Assembly: GCA_020891255.1 (NCBI GenBank)
Contig: BQFW01000003.1
Coordinates: forward strand, 1,178,001-1,242,000
From: Entomortierella parvispora E1425
Taxonomy: Eukaryota > Fungi > Mortierellomycota
Direction of reading: 5' to 3'
Length of the DNA stretch: 64,000 bases
Part shown: piece after piece, positions 38,475 through 50,800 of the stretch
Numbering within the stretch: position 1 is the first letter of the stretch
How the letters are laid out: the number at the start of each line of letters is the position of its first letter
The notes under the pieces: model-generated
Seen by the model: only the letters and a program-made list of their open reading frames with translations
Databases searched by the model: none
What the model was told of the DNA's origin: nothing
Position numbers and translations under genes: made by a program

Positions 38475-41294
38475 ATGGCCGCTGCCTCCTCCTCCTCACC
38501 GTTGACCTCGCCTGAAGAGCAGCGGGTGCCAGACCAGCAGGTACATACGTTCAACAAAGCACACATGCGCTCTCTTTGATCCAAGAGAGAACGCAGTCAC
38601 TTTTTCCATGAGTCGTTCGTTGTCACCGTCAGAAAGGGCTCATCTCTCTCTTTCTCTCTCTCTTCGCCCTGATCCCTGCCCTCTGTCCTCTGTCCACTGT
38701 CCATTGCCACCCCTTTCCGATATCTTGCCATTGGCCTTACCCCGCCTTCCTTCCTTCCCCCGTCCCTGGCCTTGCCCTGCTCTTCCCTGCCTTACCTAAC
38801 CGTTCCTCAATCGCTGCTCTCTATGGCCGCTTCCTCCCTCTCTTCTCCTCACTAGTCCTCCTCGACCATGACTGACCAAGGCTCACCACAGATCGACAGT
38901 CCCGGAGACCCAAAGGACACCCCGCCATTCTCGCCAACAACCCTTGGCGACGACAACGATGCCTCTTCCCTGGGCCTGCTCGAGCTTGATCAATGCTTGA
39001 AGAAGATGCAGGTCCAAGATACCGCTGGCGCTGCCAGCCCTTGTCATCCACAATCGCCCGTATCTCAGCAGAGTCCCTGCTGTGGCCCAGCAGAGTCGCT
39101 GGACGAATTTTTGTTGACAGCGCTCAAGAACAAGCAGAATCGCCTGTTTTTGTTGAAACTCGAGCGCGAATTTTGCTGCTACTTGGAGGGTCCAAGGTAA
39201 AAAAAAAGTGCTGCGCCCGGGACGGGCGAAATGGCGACATGGCTGTGGACCCTTGTTCTGGCTCGGAATTGACTCTGACTCTCTCCCTCTCTTCTCCACG
39301 CTCTCACTTCCCCGCCCTGCTTGCAGCCAGCAACCCCTCGAGTTTCCGTGGGTGAACTCGTATTACCGCATGATGATCCACCGATCGGCCATCTACTTTC
39401 AACTCTCACGCAAAGTCGATCCGTTGAATAAGCAGATCACCCTGTCCAAGAACAGGTGCTCGGCTATGTAAGTTGGAGCTCGAACAAATGTGGCTTGCAT
39501 TGCATGTAAAGTCAAATTTGTAATGGGATCAAAAAATGCTGACGCTGGCGCTGCTTGGTCGTTTATTTCCCGCTTCTTTCTCTTAGACCCGTTCTGAGGT
39601 TCTCTGATTTGGTTGAGGAGGACGAGGAAGAGGAGAGGACTTGTCAAGAAGAACCCACTAGGCCCGTCCAGCTTTTGAAGCGCTGTCCAACACGACCCAT
39701 CAGCGCTTGCGAACCTCATCCGCGAACCACAGCGACTGATCGTCGCTCCATCTCGATTGAACAGCGTGAACAGGACTATGCTGAGGCCAGGGCACGGATC
39801 TTCAAAAGCGAATCACCAGTGGAGGGGACAGACGATGCTGACGGCCCTTGCTCACAGTCTTCGACAAAGAGCTCCTTGGTTCGTCGATCAAGTGCAACTT
39901 CTTGCTCCTCCTCTGGAACAAGCATGACTGAAGCCAGTGCAAGCTCCGAAGTGGGTTCCTCCACCTCCTCGTCCTCCACCTCCTCGTCCTCCACAGGAGC
40001 TATCATAACTGATCATGGCCAACCACTCAACTGTCGTGCAAAGCCATTCCAGCGCTCAAAAGCAACAGCGGCATGGGCCTCTGGTGGGAACAGCGCTGGT
40101 GGGAACAGCGTCGACAAATCCAGTCGTCAGATATTTGCCTCCGACCCTACGTGGACCTGCACTGGCCATGACTGCCAGTGCGCCACCTGCTCCCGGTATA
40201 GTTACCGACCGAATGAATATTACCATCACCACCAGCATCAACATCAACATCAGCACCCTGCGCAGACCTCCCAATACCCAATGCAGCCAATGCCGGGATG
40301 GTCGAACCACACACAAGGTTTACCCTATAACCCGTCCAGACGAACGCCGCAGTGTGGCAATCAATCTCACGAGCAGCAAGGAGGTAATTTTGGCCAATAC
40401 CACTACTCTCAATTTACAGGACCTCCTCCAGCTCCTCCTCCCGTACTTAACCACGGTGGTCCATCTGGATACTATCATCAGACTCACCCCGAATGTTCAT
40501 CATGGTGCGATGCACATCAGGCCTGCCATGACCACCAGGTTGTCGACAATCCACATATGGCTAACCAGAACCATGCTTGGGGTCAACAAGCTCGAGGCTG
40601 TTCCACGGTGACAAGCCCTGTCCAAGTTGTTCCGCCTCCTTCCCCACAGCACATGGCACCCATGACTTTGACTGTCCGGCCTTACCCCTCCGCGAATGGA
40701 TACAGACCTTGCAGGCAAGGAATTGACGTCTTTCAGCAACAATACTATCAGCAGCATCCACAGCAACAGCAGCACCCAATGCGTCAACAACGTCATCATC
40801 AGCATTCTTACCCACCAATGTCGCAAAGTGGAGGACAGCAGCAAAATACCCTTTACCCTGACTCGCAGTCTCAAATGCATCACTATCAACTTCGCCCTCA
40901 ACAGCATTTGCAACATACACACCATCGTGTGGTCCATCATGGCGGCCGTCAATCCTCGCATCACCATTATCCAGGTCGAGCCCATTCTGTCTCTCATTCG
41001 CAAGAGACCAGTTCACCGATTGAGATTGAGCCACACACCGGGGCTTCGCTTCACCAGCACCCTCCAAGGGTGCCAAGGAATACTCCCCCACGCGCAAGTT
41101 TTCTGCCAGGAGTGGGCCAGCGCAATGCTCACACGCGTGATAGCGGCAGTGGCTCCCGTGGTGCAGGATCCGTGGTTTATGACGTGGATCGCCGCCCACC
41201 AAAGTCTACAGAGTTGTATGACCCATATGCGGACAGATCGACCCCGTCTGGGAACCATTCGACTTCGTCTTTTACGAAGACGGAAAAACACTAA
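38475..41294 (+). CDS. R3H and SUZ domain RNA-binding protein (R3HDM/ARPP21/Encore-like) with a long Q/H/P-rich C-terminus; exons 38475-38540, 38856-39196, 39327-39467, 39587-41294
   Basis: Motifs include DEFLLTALKNKQNRLFLLKLE, the R3H core FPWVNSYYRMMIHRSAIYFQL and SUZ EQREQDYAEARARIF. The splice phases are consistent. Confidence 0.88.
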
Positions 41295-41645
41295 TACCGC
41301 CATCGCCCCGCCCCAATGTGCCGTTTAGGACTAGATGTCATGGTCAGGGATACAGACGATCGCTCTTTTATCCTCCCGTTCAACAGATCTGAGGTCGCAA
41401 CACACACACGCACACGTCCCCATGTATGGTATTGTCTATCACTGGCAACTGTTATTGTATAATTGGATACCTTTCCGTTTCTCTCTTTTTTTTGTATCGT
41501 TTTTTTTTGCAAGGAATACCGTGTATATTCAGTTTTTATTTTTCTTCAATAAATTAAAATGAAAAAACGAAATACCTTCCATTACTCAAGGCTTTGAAGG
41601 TGCATTGGGTGGCCAGACTCTGGCCAAGATGTCCAATGACCATCC

Positions 41646-43509
41646 CTAGTCTCCCACAATCTCCTTCTCACTATGTTCAACCATGATCCATTCTACCCCA
41701 TCGGCGGCAGATCTCTCGCTCTTGACCCCCTCAGAGTCTTCCTGACCTTGATCACGAGAGCGCTCTGATCGAAGAACAAAGCGCGCCAAGTTCTTGGTCG
41801 CGACTCGAGCGTGGCAAATACTTGGTGCATTTGCACCATGTCCGATCCGAACGATCTTATCTGGGTTCTGACGATTCGTTTTTTTTTCTTTGTCGCGTCG
41901 CGCTGAGTCACATAGGCCTGGGTAGATTCCACTGCCAGCCTCCCTCTTTGAACAGACAACCTCCTTCTTTGAACAGACAACCTCCCTCTTGGAAAAGACA
42001 ACCTCCCTCTTTGAACAGACAACCTCCCTCTTTGAACAGACAACCTCCCTCTTGGAAAAGACAACCTCCCTCTTGGAAAAGACAACCTCTCTCTATGAAC
42101 AGACAACCTCCCTCTTGGAAAAGACAACCTCTCTCTATGAACAGACAACCTCCCTCTTTGAAAAGACAACCTCTCTCTCTATGAACAGACAACCTCATCT
42201 TTGAAAAGGCAGCCTCTCTCTATGAACACACAGCCTCTCTCTTGGAGCAGACAGCCTCTCTCTATGAACAGATAACCTCTCTCTTTGAACAGAAAAATGA
42301 ATCTGATCCGAGTACTCACTTTCAGGTCCTCTTACTTTTTTTCCGATGTGTGTGTCTTACAAAGATCAATAACGCGCAATGAGGCATGATACATTTGGGT
42401 GTAGTTGCCGGCTCATTTTTAGCCAAGTACAACATAAAAGCTGCCGCCAAGTTCCCTCCTGCAGAATCCCCACCTAAGACCACATCACGAGGATCAACCG
42501 GAACATGGTGGATGGCAGAGTGTTTCCCGTTCAGTACTAGAGCTTCATGGCCAGGTCCCGTCAGGTATAAGAACGCCACATAAGAATGTCGGCCCGATGT
42601 TATCAAATGAATGTCGTCCATCAAGCAAGAGGCCTTTTTGCATTTGATTCAGACCATGTATAGCAGCAGGGGAAGGTGCCTCTGGCGCCATTCGATAATC
42701 AACTGAAAACACTCGCATCCCTGGTCCAGCATCTCTAGCCAACCGTGCCAAAAAGTCCCGATGAGAAGCCGGCGATAAGAAAGCATGCTGATACAGGATC
42801 ACAGTCTTGCTCTTGGCCCTGGAAGAGGAATCCTTTGGAGATACTAAAGGCTCAATCCATTCTCCCTTGAACGTAAACGTCCCGTCCTTGTCCAAATGGC
42901 CGACCTCCTCTGGTATATTAGCCAAAGGCATGATCATCGTGGTCGTGCCGGCCAAAGCCCTTGGAAGGGGATGCATGGATTGCAAATACTCTGGGCTCGG
43001 GTTCAGAGGATCGTCCGAAAATCCCGCCTCTTTCAATTCCTTCCGGATCTGGGCCACATTGACTCTCTCGGGCCGTAACAGAGTCTCTAAGTAGACTTTG
43101 ACTTGAACATTCTTTTGAACCCGGACACTGCGACGGTGCAACATCATCTGTAAAGGCAGAGTCGCTTCGATAAGAAGTCCAACGAATCTTAAATGGCCAA
43201 TTGTCCTCAGATTTGGCCCCACAGTCCGTAACACAGCCATACCGACCATCAAGAACCAATTCCAGCCTTTGGCATATTGCACAGCTTCGGATCGAAACCC
43301 TGTGAGGAGGAGAAGGGGAGTTCAAGACAATAGAATCGAACGAGGAACCAGACGGAGTAACCAAAGAGTCGGATCAAGAATAAACATCTTTGGGCTTGTA
43401 GAGGATACCGCGTAAATAGGCACATTAAAGGACTGAGGGCGCTGGAAAGCGATGGTTGGTGGCTGTGGCGATATTGAAGGCGGAGGAAGGCGACGGCGAA
43501 GAGCTCCAA
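41646..43509 (-). pseudogene. Decayed hormone-sensitive-lipase-like alpha/beta hydrolase (Abhydrolase_3); 5' limit approximate
   Basis: VFSVDYRMAPE and VVLGGDSAGGNL are intact. The HGG oxyanion motif is missing (LYQHAFLSPASHR), no in-phase AG acceptor precedes the GDSAG exon, the C-terminal motifs are in different frames, and a minisatellite interrupts the gene. Confidence 0.75.
41938..42293. repeat. 21-bp minisatellite, about 16.5 copies, consensus GAA(C/A)AGACAACCTC(C/T)CTC(TTT/TTG/TAT)
   Basis: Units were counted directly from 41950. One unit is 23 bp, one is 20 bp, and the 3' copies are more diverged. Confidence 0.97.
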
Positions 43510-43771
43510 GTTGGTCTCCCTTACTTGAGTTGTGGTCCTGAAGGACTACGTTTTTTTTTTTTTTTTTTTTTGGTGGCAAACTAGCGATAGATCACGTGCA
43601 TAATATACGCGTTCATTTTTCAGGCGCCATCCGATGGCATTGTTGCCTCTTCTAACTTCATCATCTCAGGACAACCTCGACGACGACCCGCAGCCCGTTA
43701 ACTTTTTCGACCAGGGCGTAAAATAACGATACTCTCATCAAATCTAATACGGAATCCAACAAACAAACACA

Positions 43772-44763
43772 ATGGCATCTCCCGAGGAATCTCTTTTCAT
43801 CACTCAGTTCTTGGCTGCATTTGAGATCCAGCCCACAAAGTTTGCCCCTGACTTTGTCGCCCCTGGCATGGCCCCCAGCTGGACATCCAAGGTAAGGAGA
43901 GGGCAGTAGAATATTCGAATTGATAAGGCAGACAGACAGGACTGGATATAAAGTCTGAGGTCACTATAGACCAATACAACGAATGGCTCTTTGTCTTCAA
44001 CTTTAACCAATACCTTCGTCATTCTTTGCACATTGAAATAGAGGGCCACCTTTGAGAGACCTCCTAAGCCCGTGAAGGAGGGCGCTGCACAAGGAGGTAA
44101 TTGCGGAATACCCTAGACTATTAGGATTATACTCTATTTATTTATTTTTACTGACCTTGGAGAAAAAAAATCGCGTCCAATTTTCTTTATTTTTTTTTTA
44201 TAGAAATCGAGTTGGTTGTCAAGGGCCTCAAGTCTGGCAAATGGAATGTCAAGGTTTCGGCGCAGGGCACCATTGCCGAGCTCAAGGAGGCTGTCGCAGC
44301 TGAATCTGGCATTGAAGTTGCAGCTCAGAGATTGGTTCTCAAGGGCAAGGCATTGGTGGATACCAAGAGTTTGGAAGAGTACGGATTAGCCGCGGGATCT
44401 GTCGTTCATTTGATTGCCAAGGGCGGAGCTACCGGTACCAGTGAGCCAAGCTCTGCTGCTGCATCAACTGCCACCTCCCCTGCCATTGGATCTGCCCCTG
44501 CTTCAGGTACTTCAACCGTCGAGAAGGAGGCAGTAGCGGCTGCGCCCAAGCGACCCACCGTGACGTCATACAGAGGACTCTCGGAGGCTGGCACGGAGGC
44601 AGTCAAGGAGGCAGAGTTTTGGTACTGGTTGAACGATCAACTGAGGGAGCGCCTTGGATCAAAGGAGGACGCGTCGATGATGATGAAGGGCTTTATTGGG
44701 CAGTATCGCGATCTGATTGGCAATGCTGGTACCAAGGAGATTGAGAGCTCGATCAAAAAGTAG
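43772..44763 (+). CDS. GET5: Get5/Mdy2 (UBL4A-like) ubiquitin-like protein of the GET pathway, 244 aa; exons 43772-43891, 44042-44096, 44204-44763
   Basis: The N-terminal segment EESLFITQFLAAF...FAPDFV is Get4-binding-like. The central UBL is TIAELKEAV...QRLVLKGKALVDTKSL, and the C-terminal FWYWLNDQLRERLG is Get5 dimerisation-like. The exons are in frame. Confidence 0.75.
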
Positions 44764-47455
44764 GTAGTCCAACAATGTCAACCACGACAGCCCACAAAAG
44801 AGGCACCACTTGTTCCCTTAAAAAAGTCCAAGTCCGTGTGTCAATCTGCGTGTTTGTGATGCCCCCCTCCTTTCTCTCTTTTGGACCCAGCAGGGCGAAG
44901 GAAAAAAAAAAGATGCCACGAGGCCCATGGCCTTTTGGTGTTCTGACCCACCTCTGTCCCCACCCTCTCTACTTGCATACGTGATTGGACCCAAATCCCA
45001 TTCCACTTTTTTGTCCAATACAACCACATCAAGGCACGAATGCCCATTTCGTCCAGAGGTATCGGCGATCTCTAATTGAACGACTCTAAAACTTTAAAAA
45101 AAAGTTTTTCGTTCTGTTGGCGGCTCTCGTCAGGTTGCAAAAATTCGTTTTGGGCGAACCCTCGGTGAAAAAGGAACAAAGATGTTCAGTCCTCGCAGCA
45201 GGGGGCGCTGGGCGCGGGGGTACAGTACTTTATTTGGTTTGATTTTTTTTTGGTTACGTTTTTTTTTGACATTGAGCAACACAGCGCAAGGCACGCACGC
45301 ACCGCACACACCACCGTATCTTTCCCGAGCGATGAATGAGATGATGAAGACCCCTCCCCGTCTTTTTCTTTCCCCCCCCCCCCCCTTCTGCAGCAACCCA
45401 TGTGGGGCAGGGGTCTTTTGACTCTGGTTTTTTTTTCTTTGTCTTGGGTCTCGGAAACATCATTTCGATTCGATTGGAAAAAAAAATAGAAAAAGGAAGG
45501 AGGGATCAAATCCGATGTCTCGGTCTCGCCCATGGCCTGGCCTGGGGGAGGCAGAGTGGCAGAGGAGAGCTCCGATCTGGAGAAAGGAGAACAATAGGTC
45601 GAGTTCATTTTTATTTTGTTGATTTCTGCGGTCCGCCAACGTCTAGGTGGATGGGCGCTGTCGAATGGGGTCCTGTTCCGGCCAGACAGGGTGGTGTGCG
45701 TTGTTATATAACTTATAAGAAGCAATGGAAAGCACAATGAACTGCAGCTCGATCAAGATAAGCAAGAGCACAAGGAAGATGGAAGGCCAGGAAAAGTGCT
45801 GTCGGTCAGAATGGCAAAGAAAAAAAAAACATAAACGAAAAAGGAAAGACGAGAGCTGTCTTTCGGACTACCCGTGGCGCGAGTCCAAGTGACCAAGGAA
45901 GAAGAACGAGTCAATAATGAGTGAATGAGTGAGCCAAGTAAAGAGAGAAAGAGGTTGAAAGACAGAGACGGAGCCAGAGGAGGATGGTGTCCTTTTCTGG
46001 TCTCTGACTTTTTATTTTTTTTTGGATCTTTTTTTTCTTTCTTTTTTCATTATCGTTTTGGTGCGACGCAACGGCAATCGCGTCTGTTCATTCGTTTGCG
46101 TGCCTTTTTTCTTTTTTGTCTGTGGGCAGACGGACATGAAAAGCACTCGAGTTGGGCTTGCGCAGCAGAGAGGGCGGAGGGGGGCAGACTAAGCTGTCCT
46201 TGTGGGATGGGTGCCCCCGTTTGGCAAGAACAAGAACGGAGATGCTCACTTTCTCTGACTTTCTTTGCGTTGGATGTGTAAATGTGTTCACAGGGTGCAG
46301 TCCAGACGACCTCTTGTCCTTGTCGAGAATGTCTGCTTGGGAAAGAAGAACGAGAGCAGGTGGAAAGCAAAAAGGAAAAAAGGCAGAGGCAAAGAAAGAC
46401 ACTGAAGGGCGCCTTCCTTACCTGGGACAAAGGCGATCCTTCTTCGTCTCTCTTTTCGTTTCTCTTCGTCTCTCTTCGTCTTTCCCTGTCCCTCTTTGTT
46501 CCTCCTCCTTCTCCCGCCTTTCTGCATCTTGCTCACTCTCTTTGCATCTCTTGCATCTCCACTTTTTTTTCTCTCTTCCTCTTTCTCTTCCTCTTCCTCT
46601 TCCTCTCCTCCTCCTCTCTCTCCCTCTCTCCTCCTCTCTTCGTCTCTCTCTCTCCTCTCTCCCTTCACTTCCCATCCCATCTGTTTGTCTCTCACTCTCA
46701 CAGCTCATCACCCACTCTTCACGTTTTCAATCTCTGTTTTTTCCCATCCATCTATCCATCTCTTCACCTCGCACCTGCTCGTTTGGGTAATGTCAGCCTC
46801 TTCCTTGGTCTCCCTCACCTCTAACCCCCGCCTTTCCTGCTCAGCCCTTCCTCCCTACCTGCAACGCCCACTCGACCATCCCCCAATGAGACCAAAGCCT
46901 GGCCTCAGAAAACTGCGACCTGCCTTTCCGTTCATTCCGTTCAACAGAATGAATGGGCATCCGGTCGAGAGCCTTTGCTCTGTCACTGCATCCAACCGAC
47001 CTCCTTGTTACTGCACCCCACGCGTGAAGCTGGCAACCACCACCTCCCCCCCTCCTCCCCTCTTTTCACTATGGTCTTTCCAAGAACAGACAGACTGGCT
47101 GCTATCTCGTTCTATTTCTATCCTCATCTTTGTTGCAACAGCATCTGTGCTGTGTGTTATCTGGGATGGATGTTCGTTTTTCCTGGGGATCAGCACCCTT
47201 TTTTGTATTTTTAATGTCTTTCTTTGTTTGAATTGGTCTCTCCCCTTGCTGCGTGCGCTGGACCTATTACATACGCATGTTCTTCCAACTATCCAAACAA
47301 CCAAACACTCGTCCAAGCATTCGACCAAACAAACAAAAAACAAGAAACTAACCTCGGTCTTCCCCCCCCCCCTGTCCCTCTCTCCCGCCTTTTGCCCCCT
47401 TCCCCAGGCTTCAGTACCAGCCAAGAACGCAAGCTAGAAGCTGCAGCAATCCGCA

Positions 47456-47836
47456 ATGTCCAAGGACGACCACAAGGAGCGGCAGCGGGTCACCAAAGGT
47501 ACTTGCTCCGACCGTTAGGATGGCATGTTCCGTTAGTCTGGTTGTCCATCACTCACTCCATCACTAACTCTCCTGCGTGTCCCCTTTTGAATCTGGATAA
47601 TTACTATAGCCTGCGACAACTGCAGAAAGTAAGCCCCGCTTCGTACCTCTTCAGCCCAAGCGTTAAGCATGGACCATGCACTAATGTATATCACGTTCCC
47701 TTCTTCCTTTTTTCCATTGTTCCTCTTTTGTAGAAAAAAGATCAAGTGCGGTAAGCGACCTCTGTCACTGTTTGTTTGTTCCTGCCTGATTCCCTTCCTT
47801 TGGATCGCCAACGCCATCAACAGAGTTCAGAGCCTA

Positions 47837-47871
<35 letters not shown>

Positions 47872-50800
47872 CCGAACAATCCTCCTTCTTCCATCCAAAA
47901 TGCTCTCTCTCGTGGTCGTAGCAGATCCCCCTCTCTCCTTTTCTCTCTCCCGTCTTGCTCTCTCTTTTACTCTCCCCTTCTTTCCCTGGCAACGAAAGGA
48001 GCCAACGACCAACCGCCACCAGGGTTCTCTCTGTCATGATAATCTCTTAATTGCGCCGTCCGAACCGGAGCATCAAAATAGCCAATCTGGAAGCCTGCTT
48101 TTGTGGGCAGGGACTGGCGCGGACATGATACGATTACACCCATGCGCCTTCGCTTCGCAGACACGAGCAGCCCCAGTGTGACTCATTCTGGTTTTAAACT
48201 AGTTTCTCCTATTAACGCCTTCTCTTGTTCTCCACCGATGCCCCCGCAGATGCCAAACCAGACATTTGCACCAGCTGCGAGTTACTCCAGATTCCTTGTA
48301 AGTGTCGGAAAGCCCGTTGTGGCAAAGCAACACTGTGATCAGGGGATGGATGCACAGATGGAGAAGGATGCATAGCCTAACTAAAAAATCCCCATGGATT
48401 TCTGACGCTCTCGTGTTACGCTGACTAGGTCAATATCTGGACCCAACGAAGAAGCGAGGACCACCCAAAGGAGCAGGGCGTAAGTTCTTGGAAGGCTCTT
48501 ATGGCTATTGTTTTCTGTGCTCTAGTACTGGCAGGGGATAAGTGCTCACTCGGATATATAATTTTTCAAATATCAATAGGTTACATTAATGCCATTGAGG
48601 ATCGGTTGCATCGCATGGAGGCAATCGTAGGAGGCTTGGTGGAGGATGAGCCAGCAGGAGGTCCAGGTGGCGACGCCATCCCCCCCATGGACGCCTCTGG
48701 CGCCATTAATCCAGCAGCTCTTCTTGTGCCTGCCAACAACACTTCCAGTACACCAGCCAAACCAAGGAGGCGGAAATCAACTAAAGGAGCAAAGTCAATG
48801 CAGGTGGATGCAGATGATACTGGCTTGCGGCCGTCGCCAGAGACACAGCCACCACATCAGCTTCAACAGCAGCAGAACGTCATGCACGACTACAGCATGG
48901 AGCAGCAGCAGCAACAACAGCAGTTCCTTCATCAGCAGCAGCAACAGCAGCAGTTCCAGACAGACATGACTTTTCAGCATGCCCAGCAGCCCCCGTTCCT
49001 CCAACATCAGATGGGTCTTCTTCAACAGCACCCTAACCGCCTCGACTTGCAGCTGGACTCGAGTCAAAGCCCTGATTTGGCCTCGCAAACGCATTCGGAT
49101 GACGTACAGCGGACTGTAGACCCCCAGATGATCACCCCTCTCCACCAGGACATGTTCCGGGAAAGCAACATGGCGTCGTTTAATTCACCTTCCCCCATTC
49201 TTGGTTCGGACCATTCTCACAGTGACTACAACATCCCATCTCCCAATAACGACAATCTCCCACATCTGGGCATGCACACGCCACCCTTCCAAGAATTGGA
49301 TGATCTGGAAGAGGATATGGGTCATTTGACCTTGGACCACAAGGGCCACGAGCGGTATGTGGGAAAGTCTTCTCCCATGTTCTACAACCGTCGCCACTAT
49401 GGAGGATTCTCGATTCGGGAACGGGAACAACCTGAAGCTCGAAAGTTTGTCGAGAACCCAGACTTGCCATCGCCAGAGGTCATGACCAACCTTTTGAACC
49501 TTTATTTTGCGTATGTGCACCCTTTTGCACCCGTCTTTGTGTGGTCAAAGTTTCTGAAGCGGCTACAGAATCGGGATTACTCTCCCTCGTTCCTCTGTTT
49601 GTTGAACAGTATCTTTGCCTTGGCCTCGCGCTTCTCGGACGACATCTCGCTCAGGACCGACCCAACAAAGCCCGAAACGGTCGGAGTCGCCTTTGTGGAC
49701 AAGGCAAAGGCTATTCTTGATACCATCTACGATGCTCCCGACATGTACTGCGTTGGAGCACTGGTCCTGCTTTCATATCAGCAGATGGGAACCGGTGGCG
49801 GGTACCGAGCCTGGATGTTTATTGGACTTTCTATTCGCATGGCCCAGCACTTGGGCCTGAACCGAGACTGCTTGAAGCTTAACCCGCATATGCCCACCCT
49901 TGACCGTGAGGAGCGCAATCGCATCTGGTGGTCTTGTTTTGTGGCGGATCGACTCGTCTCTGCGTCGTTTGGACGTCCTCAGGTATATTTCTAGAGGTGA
50001 TAACTGACTGTAATCACCCTGAATCGGTTCATTGTCTGATACCTATTGTTTTATTGCGTCGTACTACCAAATAGGGAATCAACGAGCATGACGTCGACGC
50101 CACCTACCCAGAGGGAATCGATGAGGAAAATATTCAACTGGAGTATAGACTGGACAACGCCACGTCTTTACTGACTGGACCCTCCCCTCATTCAGAGATG
50201 AACTTTGTGTATCTGGCTTCGTTGACCAGGATCATGGGCAGGGTCATGGTCAGTCTTTACAGTCCCTTGTCCAGAGCAACGATGCAACAATCCTCGACCT
50301 CGCTCATCAACCCCGCCCCTTTGGAGCAATTGGACAAGGAGCTGACGGATTGGCTTTTGACGCTCCCGCCTCATCTTCAATTCCGTTCTGTGCAACAAGA
50401 GCCCGGAACGTTTGTGTGCACTTTGCACATGACGTTTTATGCCACGCTCATCTTGTTGCATCGTCCTTACAGTCACCAATCAGCTCGTAACTCTCCTGGA
50501 GATGCGTCGATCTCGCTCTCTATTTGTACCTCGGCTGCCAACAATACCATCGAAATGGCCAGTAACCTAATGAGGACCTCGGACGACAGCAGAGATGTAC
50601 CCAGACTGAAGTGCTTGCTGCACAGCTCTGTGTTCATCTTTTTCACGGCGGGCATTGTTCACATTACCAACTGCACCAGCATGGATCCAGTACTGGCCGC
50701 ATCGGCCAAGTTGCGAACGGTAGAGACTCTCCGCTGCTTGTCTGTGATCGAGGATGTCTGGATGAGCGGAAAGTGGTGCGGAAACAACATTAAGCAACTG

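Noticed and set aside
41938-42293. Regular 21-bp repeats as a CRISPR array
   Set aside because: The units are contiguous with no unique spacers, there are no cas genes, and the context is eukaryotic. It is a minisatellite.
46152-47437. ORFs of 180-313 aa rich in S/L/F upstream of the Zn2Cys6 gene
   Set aside because: They are translations of CT-rich promoter or leader tracts with no domain signal.
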